A stretch of DNA of 64,000 nt from an uncultured delta proteobacterium (lineage in GTDB: Bacteria; Desulfobacterota; BSN033; UBA1163): positions 128,001-192,000 of the forward strand of contig CAWHBU010000002.1 of assembly GCA_963827685.1 (NCBI GenBank), read 5' to 3'. Positions 61,962 through 64,000 of this stretch are shown in pieces (the stretch's first letter is position 1; every line of letters starts with the position of its first letter). The notes below the pieces were generated by a model, which was not told where the DNA came from, made no database searches, and worked only from the letters and a program-made list of their open reading frames with translations. The position numbers and the translations under genes are program-made.

Positions 61962-63197
61962 TCAAACCGCCTCCACCACGGTGGCGATACCAACTCCTCC
62001 GCCACCACAGACCATCTGGACGCCGGCCTTCCCGCCTGTGCGCTTGAGGTGGTGAACCATCTCCCCGAAGTACAGGACCCCGGAGGCACCAATGGGATGG
62101 CCCAGCGCAATGGCGCCACCTGTCGGATTCACCCTGGGATCGAGGCGGTCGTAGCCCAGCTCGTCTGCAAACTGGAGCAATGGGGAGGCGAATGCCTCGT
62201 TGGGCTCGATGATGTCCATGTTGTCGATGGTCTTGCCAGCCCGCTTGAGGGCCTTTCTCACAGCCGGGATAGGCGCCAGGAGCATGGGCACGGGCTCGCC
62301 TCCTGCCACGGCACAGGCCGCGATTCTGCAGAGGGGCTCAAGTCCCAATGCCTCGGCCTTGGCCCCGCTCATGAGCAGGACCGCGGCAGCCCCATCCACG
62401 ATCTGTGAGGAGTTGCCCGCGCTGACGAGTCCGTTTTCCTTGAACGGAGTGGGAAGCGCCATGAGATCTTGAAGGTATGCTTCCGGGTCCGCCACCGCCT
62501 TTGCCCGAAAGACCTCATCCCTTTCCACGCTCCGGGTCACACCCTCCCAGGTGAACTCGAATGGAACGATATGCTCCGCGTACCAGCCTTTCCGTTCGGC
62601 CTCGACAGCCTTCTGCATGCTCCACATGCCAAAGCGCTCCAAGTCCTCTCGGGTGTGTCTCTGATCTGCGGAGATCATCTCGGCGCAAACCCCCTGGGGC
62701 ACCAAGATGCCGATCTCAGTAAGGCGAGAGGACAAACGCACCGGATATTTGGCATCCATAGCTACCTGAATGTCGGACATCATGCCGAAGTGGGACATGA
62801 TCTCCACACCCCCGCAGATCATGATGTCTCCTTCCCCCACCATGATCTCGTGCGCAGCGATATTGATCGCCTTGAGGCCGGCATTGCAGTACTGGTTCAC
62901 TGTGCAGCCCGCCGCCTCCTTGGGGATGCCCGCAAGGAGCGATGCGATGCGCGCAATATTGGCGCCCTGCTCCCCGATCTGGCTCAGGCATCCAATGATT
63001 ACGTTTTCGATCTCCGTTTCATCGAACTTGGGGCACCGAGAGCGGACCCTTTCCAGCAATCCCCGGAGGGTGTTGGCCATGAGATCCTGAGCTGATGCCT
63101 GGCAGAGCTGGCCGCCTTTCTCCATTCCCTTCCGCCCCGACTTGCCAATTGCGGATCGAACCGCATCAATGACCACCACTTCATTCAACCTTGCCAT
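61962..63197 (-). CDS. Thiolase (acetyl-CoA C-acyltransferase)
   Basis: VNQYC, NEAFA, GHPIGASG, CGGGG. Confidence 0.93.
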   Translation of the reverse strand: MARLNEVVVIDAVRSAIGKSGRKGMEKGGQLCQASAQDLMANTLRGLLERVRSRCPKFDETEIENVIIGCLSQIGEQGANIARIASLLAGIPKEAAGCTVNQYCNAGLKAINIAAHEIMVGEGDIMICGGVEIMSHFGMMSDIQVAMDAKYPVRLSSRLTEIGILVPQGVCAEMISADQRHTREDLERFGMWSMQKAVEAERKGWYAEHIVPFEFTWEGVTRSVERDEVFRAKAVADPEAYLQDLMALPTPFKENGLVSAGNSSQIVDGAAAVLLMSGAKAEALGLEPLCRIAACAVAGGEPVPMLLAPIPAVRKALKRAGKTIDNMDIIEPNEAFASPLLQFADELGYDRLDPRVNPTGGAIALGHPIGASGVLYFGEMVHHLKRTGGKAGVQMVCGGGGVGIATVVEAV

Positions 63198-63351
63198 GTT
63201 CGCGCCTCCTTTTCTTTAACTGTCTTCGCCGCCGCCCCTCCAGGGGAGACCCATTATGACTCACGGTCATCATCCCTTGCAACCGCGCCTGTCTCATGCC
63301 TCACCCGAACTTTTCACTGATACTGATAAGAACTCGCTTGATGGTGATTTG

Positions 63352-63380
63352 AACATAAGAAAAACGGAGTTGGATGTCAA
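63352..63380 (-). promoter_or_regulatory. Sigma-70-type promoter for thiolase / acyl-CoA dehydrogenase
   Basis: TTGACA-17 nt-TATGTT on the minus strand. Confidence 0.65.
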
Positions 63381-63554
63381 GAAAGAAAACCACCGTTGAT
63401 TACCAATTGCAAGCATGTATTACCAAAAAGTCCTGTCGCGGATCTCAGGAAGTAGTCTTGAGAAAAGGGAGGCGAGGGCTTCATCTACCACTCTTCAGTT
63501 TCGTACCAGAAACTCCGGGGGCGAATCTTTATCCTTGATTGATCTGCCTCCCCC

Positions 63555-64000
63555 TTATTCCAAAACCCTTATTTTCTGCTCCGGACTTTGACTTGGAGTG
63601 ATGAATCGAAGGCGATAGTAATTCCCTTCTATTCTTCCGATGTATGTCCCCGGGGAATCGCCGACTGGGGTTCCTGTGATCTCGTAGGCGTCCCTGCGCC
63701 CGACGGATACGAGGATTTTCCCGCCGGATTCCACAATGGCTATGCCCTCCTGGCCACTGGATAGTTCGCCTGCAAAAACGCGGCCCTTATACCGAAGAAT
63801 CCGGGAAACCTTGTGCTCTTTCATATCGACAAGGTATTCTCCTTCTTGATGCTGAAGGCGAACCCAGGGGCCTCCTTGTTGATTTGCCGGGTACCAGTAA
63901 GTGTTGACCAGGGTGAGACTTCTGCTGTCGGAGGGCAGGGATCGTTCGAGCACGGTCGATCCTTTGGTAAATTTCAGTTTGTATTGGTATGCAGTTAGGG
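63555..64000 (-). CDS. Hypothetical protein, C-terminal part (start outside the window)
   Basis: Frame open to the window edge; no recognisable motif. Confidence 0.55.
   Translation of the reverse strand, partial: LTAYQYKLKFTKGSTVLERSLPSDSRSLTLVNTYWYPANQQGGPWVRLQHQEGEYLVDMKEHKVSRILRYKGRVFAGELSSGQEGIAIVESGGKILVSVGRRDAYEITGTPVGDSPGTYIGRIEGNYYRLRFITPSQSPEQKIRVLE

Noticed and set aside
63405-63430. Sigma-54 promoter upstream of the thiolase
   Set aside because: GG-GC spacings are 8 or 12 nt, and a sigma-70-type promoter fits better.

Overview
Chromosomal window from an anaerobic bacterium. Gene content suggests a Desulfobacterota/Deltaproteobacteria-like organism (inference). Left part: folP and ftsH; an IS630 element; a nitrogen-regulation block (GAF-ANTAR protein, FMN-binding glutamate-synthase-family gene with a frameshift, GAF-GAF histidine kinase, sigma-54 response regulator, nadE); and a LUD-purH-purD-leuB-lsrF run. 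Middle (about 22.2-48.6 kb): a visibly AT-richer catabolic island encoding a FadR-type regulator, FdrA/DUF1116/DUF2877, carbamate kinase, a LIV-type ABC transporter, a cyclic amidohydrolase, a three-subunit Mo-hydroxylase, MmgE/PrpD, a GlcD/GlcF-like pair, ETF and a membrane FeS oxidoreductase. Right part: korDABC, hemW-lepA, Fic, vapBC, a radical SAM protein, acyl-CoA dehydrogenase and thiolase. Best leads: (1) a three-hairpin, two-terminator ANTAR attenuator whose GAF sensor is duplicated into the neighbouring kinase; (2) a probable unknown N-heterocycle/acylurea degradation pathway that yields ATP via carbamoyl phosphate; (3) inverted heptamer/hexamer tandem arrays in housekeeping intergenic spacers, two carrying precisely inserted palindromic mini-elements. 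No rRNA, tRNA or CRISPR array was recognised. All assignments come from reading motifs by eye; no searches were run.
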